NCBI GenBank assembly: GCA_951406725.2
Contig: OX597831.1
Location: 9,176,001-9,240,000 of the forward strand
DNA from: Octopus vulgaris
Lineage: Eukaryota
Length of the DNA stretch: 64,000 nt
Direction: 5' to 3'
Shown piece after piece: positions 42,115 through 56,560 of this stretch. The translations under genes were made by a program, and so were the position numbers. Numbering within the stretch: the first letter of the stretch is position 1; each line of letters begins with the position of its first letter. The notes below the pieces were generated by a model that saw nothing but the letters and a program-made list of their open reading frames with translations, was not told the DNA's origin and searched no databases.

Positions 42115-42806
42115 CGTTCTCTGTTTCATTAAAGTTGTAAGTAAACAGTGATCTAGTGAATGTTTGTCTGCTATTTCTAGCACATGATGTGACCAGGTAG
42201 GGACACCTTCACTGGGTATTATCATAATTGCAGTTATATTATTCTTCAGAATTGGCAGATGCAATGTAAAAGAAAAAAAGGAAACGGAAAATCATGTGGC
42301 TGAGTTCTCTGACTCTGTTAAATATTGGAATTTTGATTTATAGATAGAAGATGGCATGACCAATTTAGTTTGGAAGAATTTATCATTATCTCTTCATGTT
42401 CGTGTACAAATTTATATCTGTTAACATGGTTAATGATAAATATGCATATATACATACATACGCACACACATATATATAATATATACTTACATATATACAT
42501 ACATATAAATAATATATACTTATACATATCTACATACTTACACACATGCATATATATATTTACAATATATACTTTATATATATGTATATAGAAAATTCTA
42601 TTTTTTCTCATGTATACATGTATATGTATATATATATGTTTATATATATACACACATAAAGACACAAACAAGTATGCATACATATATATATATATAATTT
42701 ATATATATTTTTGCATCTGTATCTACATACACACACATATTTGTATATCTACATATGTATATGCATATATATTCACATGTATATATATATGCATATATAT
42801 GCATAC

Positions 42807-42863
<57 letters not shown>

Positions 42864-43589
42864 GATATGATAATATATGCATATATATATTCATATATAT
42901 ATATATATATATATATAGATATATGCATATATATTTGTATATATATATATAGATATATGCGCATATAGATATATATATATGCATACACATACATATATAT
43001 ATATATAAATATATACATACATACATATATGCATATTTATAGATATTTTTATATACACACACACACGCATATATATATATATATGTATGTATATCATCAT
43101 CATCATCACCATTATGATCTGTATTTAAGAATCTGCTCTGAGCCATATACATTGGGTGTCAGCAGCATCCACGGCAGATCCATCTTCGTATTGAATTCTA
43201 GTAATGGGAAATAACTTGCTGGGTTTCCCCAACTATTCACAATTTCCAATACGAATACGAAATACCTTTCTGGACTTGAATAATAAAGGGGAGGGGTAAA
43301 CATTGACAGAGTCTCTGTTCAGTTTGTGATCTCAGTATGATGAAATTCCTTTGGGGCTTTTGGCATCATCTCTCATCCATCATATTCGTAACATGTTCCA
43401 CTTTCATGTTGTGAAATATTTGGAGATTTCTGTTTTTCTAATTTTATGAATGACAGTAAAAGTACTCAATATATGATGCAGAGTAAAGCTATTTTGTTAT
43501 ATTGTAATGTAAGCAGGGAAATACATTTTTATTTATGTAATATACTATATTGAATATATGCTTATATATATATATATATATATATAAAC

Positions 43590-44060
43590 ATTGTTCCAGG
43601 TTCAGTCCCACTGCATGGCCAAGTGTCTTCTACTACAGCCTCGGGCTGACCAAAGCCTTATGAGTGGATTTGGTAGATGGAAACTGAAAGAAGCGTGTTG
43701 TATATATATATATATATATGTGTGTATGTGTGTATTTGTCTATGTGTGTGTGTATGTGTGTGTGAATGTGTGTGTGTATTTGTCTATGTGTGTGTATTTG
43801 TCTATGTGTGTGTATTTGTCTATGTGTGTGTGTATGTGTGTATATTTGTGTGTCTGTGTTTCTCCCCCCTGTCATCGCTTGACAACTGATGTTTGTGTGT
43901 TTATGTCCCTGTAACTTAGCGGTTCGGCATAAAAGATCAACAGAATAAATACTAGGCTTACAAAGAATAAGTCCTGTGGTCCATTTGTCCGACTAAAGGT
44001 GGTGCTCCAACATGGCCACAATCAAATGACTGAAACAAGAAAAAGAATAAAAGAATAAAA
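43590..44060 (+). mobile_element. SINE family B with internal (tgtgtgtatttgtcta)n expansion
   Basis: Family B halves flank a TG-rich repeat. Confidence 0.88.
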
Positions 44061-44119
44061 AAATGTGTGTGTGTGTGCATGTGTGTGTGATTGTGTGCAC
44101 CCATTTCTTGATATAATGT

Positions 44120-44490
44120 GATGATTGCAAATGTCTACCCCTGTCCTACAATTGAGGTCCTTCTTTTTGAATGTGTGGGCAATATGTCTGCCCATCATCC
44201 TGCTTGGAAACAGTGGGGAATCGGCAACACAAAGGACATTCGACCTTAGAAAATCTGTCTCAAAACTCTGCTGGGGATCCATGCAGGCATGGAAAAATGG
44301 ACATTAAAGGATGATGATGGTTTTTGAATTAGTATAAAGTGATAATGTTTGGAAGCAAATGCAGAAGAAATTTGGAAAAGTGGTGCTCAAGGCGGCGAAT
44401 GCCAAGGGGCTGGATGTCCTTTCATTGATCCTCGTTCTATAGAATAAAAACATGGTAGAACTGGAAAATGGACTGATTGAATATGTCATT
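44120..44490 (+). mobile_element. Possible decayed LINE APE endonuclease fragment
   Basis: IANVY...CVGNMSAHHPAW resembles the NVY and GDFNAHHPxW motifs. Confidence 0.45.
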
Positions 44491-45393
44491 TTGTTACAAT
44501 GCTGATTTCAATGTTTTGTGAGTAGGCCACAAAAGGATTGGTTTTATCATCTTAAGCGCTAAAATTCTTCTAACAGCTTTTACGCTTTTGCGTTCCCACC
44601 ATACCGAATATGTTCTTCCTTTTGTTTATTTTCCCTTTTTTTTTTCATCTCTCTTTTGTAGACAACCAACATACCATTCTCAACCCAAACTGTAGAATGC
44701 TTATATTTACAGAGTGGTTAAAAACGAAATGTAAATATGACAAAAACCGTAAGTATATCTCCATAGTGTTTGTTACAAACATGTGCCGAAAGGATCCATT
44801 ATTTATTGAATTTATTCAAGCCGTCACCGAGCAGAACAAGCATCTAAAATGCTGGAGATAATAAAGGGAAAGTTGTAAGTTTGGATATCTCTAGGCGAAG
44901 TACATTAGCAGCATAAGTAGAGAGATGGTTCTAAAGAAACCATGATGTCTAGCAGAAGTGCAACCTGCAGCAATTAAGTTGGATGCCAGGGCAGAAGTAG
45001 GTGACCGAGACTTATGTTGTTGACATATGGGAGGAAGATGAAAGGCAAATATTAACCACTGTAGGAATTGAACTCAAAGCATTTAAAGCTATTACTCTAC
45101 ACTATAGACATAACAGATTGGTGGAGTTGCAAGGGCCTCAGGCAAAATTGCTTGATGGCATTTATTGGATCGCTGCATTCTGAGTTCAAATTCTACTGAG
45201 GTCAGCTTTGTGGTTTATCTTTCTGGAGTTGATAAAATAAAATACTAGGTTGGGGTTAGGAAGGGGAAAGGCATCCAGTTGTAGAAACCATTTGGAAACT
45301 GATTCACTGGAGTAAGCCAAGCTCATTCCAGTCTGTCAGATCCTGTTGAATCATTTAACCCATGGTGAAATAGGAAGTAGATGATGTAGTATT

Positions 45394-45431
<38 letters not shown>

Positions 45432-45453
45432 CATTATTATTATTATTATTATT

Positions 45454-46007
45454 GAGTGAGAGAGCAGTTCATGCCATCAAAGTGACACTGGGGTAAAATA
45501 TACGAAGCCCAATATACCCATCATGACTACCCGTCTGATAAAGGTACACCAGGCACATGCATCACAGCCATATGTGCGCGACATGGTGATCTCATATCAA
45601 GATAAACAGCACATGACCTTGCAGGTGGGGCCCAGTTAGAATTTTCTTCAGGTTGAGTAGCCCATCCTGCTCAAACGGTCCCTGAATAAGGGTTGCTTTA
45701 GGATGTTGAACGAAACACCTATGTTTCCAGAGGTGAACCATTCAAACTCCAAAGAATCCCTCTCAACACATGGCCATGATGCTCCCCCACTACTTCTGCT
45801 CGTGATCAGAGATGCACATATCGTCAGCCACTAAGGGACATGCTCAACTGGTTAAGGTCAAACAACTGACAAGCAAATCTGTGGTATTGAGCAGAATATT
45901 TGCTGTAGCCCATCTTTTATACCAAGACAAAACAATGTACATGATAACACTTCCAATCAGTTAAGATCAGAAGCCAGGAGAGCCACTGCCTGGTACTGCA
46001 TCAGGGC

Positions 46008-46008
<1 letters not shown>
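45454..46008. mobile_element. Family C element within (ATT)n
   Basis: Similar to the 4183 and 25468 copies. Confidence 0.9.
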
Positions 46009-46059
<51 letters not shown>

Positions 46060-46473
46060 GAATGAGAGAGCAGTTTACACCATGAAAGTGACACTGGGGC
46101 ACAAATATACAAAACCCCATATATAAGGGTTGTTTAAGGATGATGAGCAAAACACCTATGTTTCCAAAGGTGAATTATTCAAAACCCAATGAATTCTTCT
46201 CAATGTATGACTTATGATGCTCCCCTACTACTTCTGCTCGTCATCAGAGATGCACATATCATCAGCCACTAAGGGACGTGCTCAACTGGTTAAGGTCAAG
46301 CAACTGACAAGCAAATCTGTAGTATTGAGTAGAATATTTGCTGTAGCCCATCTTTTATACCAAGACAAATCAATGTACATGATAACACTTCCAATCAGTT
46401 AAGATCAAAAGCCAGAGATCCAGTATTTGTTACTGCATCAGGGCATTGATCCAGTGCCTTGTACTGCATCAAG
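46060..46473. mobile_element. Family C element, internally deleted, duplicated right end
   Basis: Both ends present; jumps from the left end directly to ataagggttgtttaagg; tactgcatca repeated at the right end. Confidence 0.85.
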
Positions 46474-46922
<449 letters not shown>

Positions 46923-47124
46923 TAGTTTTATTTTTATAGCGTGCTTTCACTTCACTACCGAGCGCAGCTCTGTGTGCCTTGGGTATGTGCTGTGATTTGT
47001 TGTGATGCTCTGATGGTTATTGTATGGAAAGTGTTCTGCGTAGGATGTGTGCAGTGCCTAGTAGTGCAATTTTCTGTATGTTATATGTGTTTGTAAGTCC
47101 TGGTGTTTTTGTTATGTATTTGTC
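46923..47124 (-). mobile_element. 3' end of RLE-type (R4/Dong-like) LINE within (TAA)n
   Basis: DKYITKTPGLTNTYNIQKIALLGTAHILRRTLSIQ*, short 3' UTR, then (TAA)n; same terminus also at about 4090-4112. Confidence 0.85.
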
Positions 47125-47163
47125 ATTATTATTATTATATTATTATTATTATTATTATTGTTG

Positions 47164-47198
<35 letters not shown>

Positions 47199-47292
47199 GC
47201 ACTCGATTTTACTTGCTCTGGTTGATTCTGTGAGAATGGACAGCAACCAGTTGTCAGAGGTTTCACAGGTTGTCTACCCACAGACTATAAAC

Positions 47293-47456
47293 CTTCTTCT
47301 TCTTCTTCTTCTCCTTCTCCCCCTCCTCCTCCTCCTACTCTTCTTCTTCTTCTTCTTCTTCTTCTTCTTCTTCTTCTTCTTCTTCTTCTTCTTCTTCTTC
47401 TTCTCCTCCTCCTCCTCCTCCTCTTCCTCCTGCTTCTTCTTCTTCTTCTTCTTCCT
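47293..47456. repeat. (CTT)n/(CCT)n microsatellite
   Basis: Direct reading. Confidence 0.95.
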
Positions 47457-47487
47457 CGTCGTCATATTATTATTATTATTATTATAT

Positions 47488-47695
47488 AACGTGGTGAGCT
47501 GGCAGAATCATTAGCATGCTGGGCGAAATGCTTAGCAGTATTTATTTCTGAGTTCAAACTCTGCTGAGGTCGACTTTGTCTTTCACCCTTTTGTGGTCGA
47601 TAAATTGAGTACCAGTGAAATACTGGAGTCAACGTAATCAACTTGTCCCCTCCTCCCCCAATATTTCAGGCGTTGTGCCTTTATTAGAAAGGATT
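47488..47695 (+). mobile_element. Diverged family A-like SINE
   Basis: gtggtgagctggcagaatcattagc...gaggtcgactttg. Confidence 0.85.
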
Positions 47696-47730
47696 ATTAT
47701 CATTATTATTGCTATTATTATTATTATTAA

Positions 47731-48252
47731 CTCAGGCTTTGTTGGAAATCCTGGAGACTTATATGCATAGGGGCTTTGCTATGTGCCACCTATGGCCCAA
47801 TGTCGTATTTTCCTCTTCAACTGTCTAATACTTTCCTGATGGCTCTTGCCATACCAAGGCAGCAAACCTCTGGCAACAATTCCACTGGGCACTCTCTTCT
47901 TATTTCTTTTATATTCGTCTCGAGGCCTTCTCATACTTTCCTTAAGGCCCCAACAATAATTGGCACAATCTTAAGGCCCCAACAATAACTAGCACTATCT
48001 TAAGGCCCCAGCAATAATTGACACTATCTTAAGGCCCCAACAATGATTGGCACTATCTTAAGGCCCCAATAATAACTAGCACTATCTTAAGGCCCCAACA
48101 ATAATTGGCACTTATCTTAAGGCCCCAACAATAATTGGTACTATCTTAAGGTCCCAATAATAATTGGCACAATCTTAAGGCCCCAATAATAACTAGCACT
48201 GTCTTAAGGCCCCAACAATAATTGGCACTATCTTCACCTCTTTAATGTTCCA
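47731..48252 (-). mobile_element. 3' end of a second RLE-type LINE containing a minisatellite
   Basis: With the array collapsed: WNIKEVKIVPIIVGALRKV*EGL...LGMARAIRKVLDS*, then (TAA)n. Confidence 0.8.
47941..48233. repeat. 29-bp minisatellite cttaaggccccaacaataattggcactat, about 10 copies
   Basis: Direct reading. Confidence 0.95.
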
Positions 48253-49044
48253 GTCAAGTTATCTTGAATTTAAGACGATTGTACATGCCTATTTTTTCCC
48301 TCCCTTCTTAACTGTTTATGTGTTTTTCATTTAATTAGGGCACTTAACTTCCTCTCCCTCTCAAGACAACATAACTCTCTCTGTCTCTCCTTCTCGCTTT
48401 CTCTTCCTCCTCCTCCTCCTCGCTCTCCTCTTTCTTCTCCTCTCTCAAGATAGCATAACTCCCTTAGCAAGTGATCTCTAACACTGAAACAATATCAGAT
48501 TTTCTGTTGTAAAAATAATATAATCCATTTAATTCCCCCAACACATAACTGGTGCATCTTTACTTATTCGGATTAACCCAAAGTTAATCCGTGGGTGGTT
48601 TTAGCTCAGAGTGTAAATAGGATATAGCTAAATAAATATCATACAACACTTTAGTACAACATTCTTCTTTTTCTGCCAGTAACCAATATTTTACATGAAT
48701 ATCCATTACAGAATATCTTTGGAAATTCCATTCTGTTGCTATGTTAATACCATCTTTACAATGGCGTAGTGGCTTATTTGCAACCACTTGCCTGTGAAGG
48801 ACGTATATTCTTGCACTGGACATTGTAGAGTACTTCTACATTAAAATATATCAAAAATATCTTTATGGTCAGCATCTCGGCATCAGGTTGGCCTGAATGA
48901 TATATTCAAATGTCAAAGCTACCGTCTTTTATTCTCTAAGTTCAATATTTCATTGTTTTGTGGCTCAATTACATCATTCCATCTTCATTATATATACACA
49001 TATATACACACGCACACATATGCATACATAAATATATACATATG

Positions 49045-49076
<32 letters not shown>

Positions 49077-49156
49077 TATGTATGTATATATATATATAAA
49101 TGTATATATGTATGAATGTATGTACATACATATGTATATGTGTTTATGTATGTATA

Positions 49157-49190
<34 letters not shown>

Positions 49191-49548
49191 GGTGTATATA
49201 TGGAAATCCAATCTGTTGTGTATTATAATACAATCTTGCTGGAATCTAAACAATTGTAGTGATAAATCTATAAATATGATATTTAGTCATTTATCAAGTT
49301 TGTCTAAATGTCAGGAATAGGTATCAGGTGTTCTGGAAATGTTACCTGTGTGATGTGGGACTAATGTCGTATATAGAGAGAAAGAAAGGAGAAAACAAAG
49401 GAAGGGAAAGTGAGAGGGAGAAAGAGAGGGAGAGAGAGAGAGAGCAAGAAGGTATTTCCCTTACTATTTTGATATCCTGAATCTGGAATTCATTTGAATC
49501 CTTTATGATGTTTCTGGGGATTAAGGATTTAAAGACAGGATGAGGGAA

Positions 49549-49595
<47 letters not shown>

Positions 49596-49919
49596 GAGGG
49601 AGAAAGAGAAAAGAGAGAGACTGAAAGAGATAGAGAGAGAGAAAGGAAGACATACCGAATAACTCGTTAGATGAGTTTTAAGAATAGCAAGGAGTTGGAA
49701 ATACAATATATATGGCTGTGTGGTAAGAAGCTTGCTTCTCAACCACACGGTTCCGGTTTCAGTCTCACTGTGTGGCACCGTGGGCAAGTGTCTTCTACTA
49801 TAGACTATAGAAGGTTTATTTTTATCCTCACAACAGTTTTTGATAAATGAAGTTATCTGTTATTATATAGCTGTTTTTTATAAACATTAATCTGTCCTCA
49901 AATATCTTGCACACCCTGA

Positions 49920-50368
49920 GTATGTATGTATGTATGTATGTATGTATGTATGTATGTATGTATGTATGTATGTATGTATGTATGTATGTATGTATGTATG
50001 TATGTATGTATGTATGTATGTATGTATGTATGTATGTATGTATGTATGTATGTATGTATGTATGTATGTATGTATGTATGTATGTATGTATGTATGTATG
50101 TATGTATGTATGTATGTATGTATGTATGTATGTATGTATGTATGTATGTATGTATGTATGTATGTATGTATGTATGTATGTATGTATGTATGTATGTATG
50201 TATGTATGTATGTATGTATGTATGTATGTATGTATGTATGTATGTATGTATGTATGTATGTATGTATGTATGTATGTATGTATGTATGTATGTATGTATG
50301 TATGTATGTATGTATGTATGTATGTATGTATGTATGTATGTAGGTATGTATGTATGTATGTATGTATG
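49920..50368. repeat. Near-perfect (TATG)n, about 110 units
   Basis: Direct reading. Confidence 0.98.
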
Positions 50369-50464
50369 CATGCATGCATGTATGTGCGTGTATATATATA
50401 TATATATAATCAATTCAAAAAAGCACAAAAATAAACGACCGCGTGGATATATCACAAGCAATGT

Positions 50465-50516
<52 letters not shown>

Positions 50517-50638
50517 GTAATAATGATATATATGTGTGTGTGTGTGTGTGTTTGTGTGTTTGTGTGTGTGTGTGTATGTATTTATATATATATATATGTG
50601 TATATGCGTATGCATGTATATATAGACACTCATGCGCT

Positions 50639-50681
<43 letters not shown>

Positions 50682-51389
50682 CATACATATATGAAAAAAT
50701 ATGTATGCACACACACACACACATACATATATACACCATATATACTAGCACAGGCGGGCACATGTATATATGTATATCTATAATATTTGGCCTAAAATTA
50801 TCTTCACATCTCTGTACAGTTTACGTCTATAAATTGACGAGATCTTCTGTTCACAATCCGGTGCCGACCACATTTTTTCCAGTTCCTCTCTATAAACTGC
50901 AGCATTTCATCATCTCATTTTGTCTAATTTTCATATCAAACGCACTTCACACATCAACATTTTAGCGATTCTTTTCTTTTTTTTGCTGTCATCCCGACAC
51001 TCATCAAAGGATGTTTTATTCTCTCTTTTCCAGTTGAAATCGATCTGATGGATTTTTCTGGAAACATATTAAACTTGTCTTCTTCTCAGCGACCGTATGC
51101 AAATGAAGTTATTAACGTGGGCGACACCTACGTCCTTCTATCTGTGGAACGTAAGATAAATCTTTATGCATTGCTTCTATCGTGATTGGCTTTCGTTGGC
51201 AGACAGTGCATGTGTCTTTAGTTTATATTCTACAGCTAGTTATTTCTCTGAGCTATGATTACTGGAACCGTAATAGCCTGACCAGCTGACCACGTAATCA
51301 GGAGTTCAGCCATTCTTACTGCGGACTAGCAACTGTGTTGAACACTCATTCAAAATGTATTATTTCACTTGTGCATTTCGATTTCAGAC

Positions 51390-52787
51390 ACAAGGCCAGC
51401 AATTTCGAGGGCGAGGTAAGTCGATAACTCGACCCCAGTACGCAGCTGGTCCTTATTTTATCGCAGCTGGCCCCTATTTTATAGCAGCTGGTCCTTATTT
51501 TATCGCAGCTGGTCCTTATTTTATCGCAGCTGGTCCCTATTTATCACAGCTGATCCTTATTTTATCGCAGCTGGTCCCTATTTTATCGCAGCTGGTCCCT
51601 ATTTATCACAGCTGGTCCCTATTTATCACAGCTGGTCCTTATTTTATCGCAGCTGGTCCTTATTTTATCGCAGCTGGTCCCTATTTTATCGCAGCTGGTC
51701 TCTATTTTATCGCAGCTGGTCCCTATTTTATCGCAGCTGGTCCATATTTTATTGCAGCTGGTCCCTATTTTATCGCAGCTGGACCCTATTTTATCGCAGC
51801 TGGTCCTTATTTTATCGCAGCTGGTCCCTATTTTATCGCAGCTGGTCCCTATTTTATCGCAGCTGGTCCCTATTTTATCGCAGCTGGTCCATATTTTATT
51901 GCAGCTGGTCCCTATTTTATTGCAGCTGGTCCCTATTTTATCACAGCTGGTCCTTATTTTATCGCAGCTGGTCCCTATTTCATCGCAGCTGGTCCCAATT
52001 TTTATCGCAGCTGGTCCCAATTTTTATCGCAGCTGGTCCCTATTTTTATCGCAGCTGGTCCCTATTTTATCGCAGCTGGTCCCTATTTTATCGCAGCTGG
52101 TCCCTATTTTATCACAGCTGGTCCTTATTTTATCGCAGCTGGTCCCTATTTTATCACAGCTGGTCCTTATTTTATCGCAGCTGGTCCCTATTTTATCGCA
52201 GCTGGTCTCAATTTTATCGCAGCTAGTCCTTATTTTATGCAGCTGTTCCCTATTTTATCGCAGCTGTTCCCTATTTTATCACAGCTGGTCCTTATTTTAT
52301 CGCAGCTGGTCCCTATTTTTATCGCAGCTAGTCCTTATTTTATCGCAGCTGGTCCCTATTTTATCGCAGCTGGTCCCTTATTTTATCACAGCTGGTCCTT
52401 ATTTTATCGCAGCTGGTCCCTATTTTATCGCAGCTGGTCCCTATTTTATCACAGCTGGTCCTTATTTTATCGCAGCTGGTCTCAATTTTATCGCAGCTAG
52501 TCCTTATTTTATCGCAGCTGTTCCCTATTTTATCGCAACTGGTCCCTATTTTATCGCAGCTGGTCTCAATTTTATCGCAGCTAGTCCTTATTTTATCGCA
52601 GCTGGTCCCTATTTTATCGCAGCTGGCCCCAATTTTATCGCAGCTGGTCCTTATTTTATCGCCTCCGAAAAAAGGATGAAAGGCAAAGTCGACCTGAGTG
52701 GAATTTAAACTCTGCAGAACCTAAAGAAGGGCCAAATGCGGTTACTTCCCCGGTGTTCTGACGATTCGGCCACCTCACCGCCGCCTT
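51390..52787 (-). mobile_element. Family A-like SINE hosting a minisatellite
   Basis: Left flank aagtcgataactcgaccccagta; right flank aaggatgaaaggcaaagtcgacc. Confidence 0.88.
51441..52661. repeat. 21-bp minisatellite gcagctggtccctattttatc, about 58 copies
   Basis: Direct reading. Confidence 0.97.
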
Positions 52788-53219
52788 CATTTGCTTATAA
52801 TGACAGTGGCTTACCTGAGTCAGTACAGAGTTTGATAGAAGACATTGCCGTATTGGTTGTCTCTTTGTCCTTGTTCAGTTCCTAAGGAGATCAACTTCGC
52901 CTTTTATCTTTCTGGGTCGTTCAAACAAAAAAAAAAAAGTACCAGTCTACTGTGATCGAATGAAAGTGTTGTTGGAGCAGCTGGCAGGAGCACTGGCAGT
53001 ATCTGTTTTTGATGTGTGTATTCCGAGATTAGAATCTAGACTCATTGCCATAAAAGTAACACACCTATGGAGAATTGCGACTGACAGTTCATAGCAACAG
53101 GAAAACCATATTGGAAACATAGATTCCTTGGTTCACTCGGAAGATTAATTTCCACCTCCCCACCGCCATCTACATATGGAACTGGTTGATGTCTGATTTC
53201 ATAATTCTTCACAAATTCT

Positions 53220-53353
53220 TCGCATTGCAACCACCAAGCTTTGTGTTCTGCTCCACTGCGTGACATCTTGTTCAATTCACTTCTACTATAACCCCAGGTC
53301 GAGCAATGCTTTGTAGTTGAATTTAGTGAATGGAAACTGTGTTGAAGCCTGTA

Positions 53354-53399
<46 letters not shown>

Positions 53400-53620
53400 A
53401 TGTATTTTTTTGTGTTGTCCACTATATCGCGACAACTGGTGCTGGTTTGTTTAAGAGTCCGTAACTTAGCAGTTCGGCAACAGAGTTCGATAAAATAAGT
53501 ACCAGACTTTAAAAATAAGTCCGGGGTGGGGGCGATGTGTTGGAATAAGTCTCTCAAGGCAGTGCCCCAGCATGGCCGTAGTCCAATGACTGAAACAAGT
53601 CAAAAATTAAAGATAAAAGA
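53220..53620 (+). mobile_element. Diverged SINE family B
   Basis: Family B halves with internal TA/TG tract. Confidence 0.82.
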
Positions 53621-53771
53621 TTCATATAGGAATTGATGGAGAGGCTGAAATAAAAATTTCCAAAGAACAAATCAGGAACGGAGCCTTTCTGTAGCACCGT
53701 CCTGCAAACTGCCCAGGATAACACGGTCTTTTAGTCAGTCCTAAAGCATTCATTGTCTTATTGTCCCAAGG

Positions 53772-53808
<37 letters not shown>

Positions 53809-54804
53809 ATCAGCGGAGTACTTTTGTTTATTTTTGTGATCGATCGTGTCTGACCTTGGGTTAAACAAAACAATACACAGAGACAGAACTTTAACACTAA
53901 CATCATGCTCAAATTTCTGAGAAATATTGCAATCATCCTAGCATGAATAAAATGTATGTAAAAACTTAAATAAGACAGTTATTCTTAAAAAAAAAATTAT
54001 TTTACTTTTAATTATAATAGTTATTTTTTTGTTTTGTTCTAAGGAAGAATATAAAATAATTTGTAGTCCAATTAACAAATGTCTAGAAGACGTCAGTCAT
54101 GCATAAACAACTTTAATGTAGACAAACTTGAATGATCAGAATTTGGATCAGTCATTTTCCATATCAATTACTTTTGTTATTTATTGTTATTTATTGTCTC
54201 CAGAAATATTAAACAGTTGTATAGACGTCGCAACGAATGGTATAATTTATCTATTTCAGGTGAAAATGGGAATATCAAATATATTTCATTATTGGAAAAT
54301 CTAGAGAAAATCCACCCGGAACTTTACAGTAGGTATTTCCTTCCCACTTGTGGAATCATTTTGTCATTTATTTTATTTTTTTTTTGGAAACTGTATATCT
54401 TTTACTTGTTTCAATTATCGGTCCATCACGGTATGGGGGATATTTGCTGGTCGGGTGGGGTTGAGGTCAGAGTGACGGCGCGAAAAGGTAGATATGTTCG
54501 GGTGGAGATGGAGGGGAGGGTTAATTTAACATCCTGCGCAGTGCTGTACATGCATGTGTGTATACGAATCAATATATATATATATCTCGGTTGATTGTGG
54601 CAAGTCTTATATTAATTCTTCAGATTTCCCTGGGGGAAAACGGTGGGTGCACCAGTGCTGATATTCATGGTGCAGGTGGGCAGTTTGTGAGGACAAATCT
54701 GCTCCCTGAAGAACAGGACCAAATGCCTCGCTCCTACAGTTAAGGTCGGCGCCAGTGTGGAGAGGGTTTTGCTTGATTCTTTACTCGGTCAAGTATAGTG
54801 GGTT

Positions 54805-55225
54805 GTTGAATGAACGGGTGAGAGTGTGAGTGAGCGGATGTGTGAGTGAATGAGTAAGTGAGTGAGTGAGCGAGCGAATGAGTGAATGAGTGGGTGAGTG
54901 AGTGAGTGATCGGGTGGATGAGTCAGGTGGATGAGTGAGTGCTACTAAGGAAAATGAACTCACACACTCACCACCCACTCATCCATCCGCTCATTCAATC
55001 ACTCACTCATCCACCCGCTCACTCACTCACTCATCCTCTCGATCACTCACTCACTCACTCACTCACTCACACATCCGTTCAATCACACTCTCACCTGTTC
55101 ATTCAACAACCCACTCCTTCAACCACCTACCTTCTCAATTATTCACCACCCACTCTCTCTCTCTTATCCACCCGCTCACCCACCCAACGGCTCGCTCATC
55201 CTCTCTTCACTCAATCACTCACTCA
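54805..55225. repeat. Degenerate (TGAG)n followed by complementary (CTCA)n
   Basis: Direct reading. Confidence 0.85.
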
Positions 55226-55409
55226 AACGACATCATTTAAAGCATTCAATCCCAATGTATATGAGGAACACAGATCGATAAATCGAGTATCACAATCAAT
55301 ACTGGGATAAGTACGATTGTACCAAAAAGAGCTTGGTGGCGATGCTCTAGCATGGCCGTAGCCCAAAGACAGAAATCCTGTGAAATATTTAAGACAAATA
55401 AACAAATAT

Positions 55410-55785
55410 AGGTGCAGGCGTGGTTGTGTGGTAAGAAGCTTGCTTACCAACCACATGGTTCCTGGTTCAGTCCTACTTGGTGCCTTCTTAGGCAAGAGTC
55501 TTCTACTACAACCTTGGACCGACCAAAGCCTTGTCAGTAGATTTGGTAGATGGAAACTGAAAGAAGACCGTCGTGTATGTGGTTGTCCTCACTAATGCTT
55601 GACAACCGGTGTTAGTGTGTTTACATTCCCGTTATTTAGCGGTTCGGCATAAGGCACCGTTAGAATAAGTACCATGCTTAGAAATATTTAAAAAAAAGTA
55701 GTGGAAGCGATTCATTCAACCAAAAATTCTTTATGGCGGTGCCCCAGCATGGGCGCAGTCTAATGAGTGAAAACAAGTAAAAGAT
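55410..55785 (+). mobile_element. SINE family B
   Basis: Full head and tail, minimal internal microsatellite. Confidence 0.88.
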
Positions 55786-56560
55786 TAAAAAAATATATAT
55801 ATTTGCCTGACTGAAGCAGTGTTTTATCTCTTTGTTAGAATTGGAAGCAGATGGAAAAGCTCTGCTCTTCAAATCGCGTTTAGTTGCATTAATACAATAA
55901 GCGAAGCAGTTTGAAAAAAATAATGGAATCAGAGCTGAACAACCGAATCCATTTAAAAATAAGTTATTTCCTTCGCCGTTCTACAGCTGCTTCATTAATA
56001 GTATTTTACTTAGAATAAGGCCACAAATACATAACGAGGATTGAATGCTGTGTTGTTGTTCCTTTCTCTGGGGAATTAGTTTCGTACGCGGAATGAATTT
56101 GATTTGATTAAAAACCAAAAAGTGGGTTGCCAAACTACACTGGATATCTTCGCTCTCTCATGTTCGTTGGTGAAATATTGACTGAACTTATCAAAAGTTA
56201 GATGTAATTCTTCTCTTCAAAGATAAGAAGAGAGAAAAGAGAAAAGATGAAAGCCGTTGCCGAAAATGGTGATTGCTTGCAAAAGATGTTCAGCTTTAAT
56301 TTAGATTTTCTCAGTTGATAAACAAAAGCCGCGGTGTCGGCCACGCGGTTGCGAGATCGTATTCTGCTATATTATTCCTTTATCTTTTATTTGCTCTAAT
56401 TATTGGACCGCGGCCAAGCTGGGGCACTGCCTTCACGTGTTTTAGTCGAACAAATCGACCCCAGTATTTAGGTTTTAAAACTCTGGTACTAAGTACTAAT
56501 TCTAACGGTCCCTTTTACTGAATCGCTAAGTTAGGTGGACGATAACGAAGCAACACCAGT

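Noticed and set aside
47941-52661. CRISPR-like appearance of the 29-bp and 21-bp arrays
   Set aside because: Head-to-tail repeats without unique spacers, no cas genes, eukaryotic context
51355-52708. 381-aa and 318-aa ORFs (AAGPYFI / SQLVPIL repeats)
   Set aside because: Open only because of the 21-bp period; indels shift frames and the unit is SINE-derived
54624-54745. GC-richer exon-like segment after ttcttcag
   Set aside because: Stops in all three plus-strand frames, weak donor, no recognisable homology
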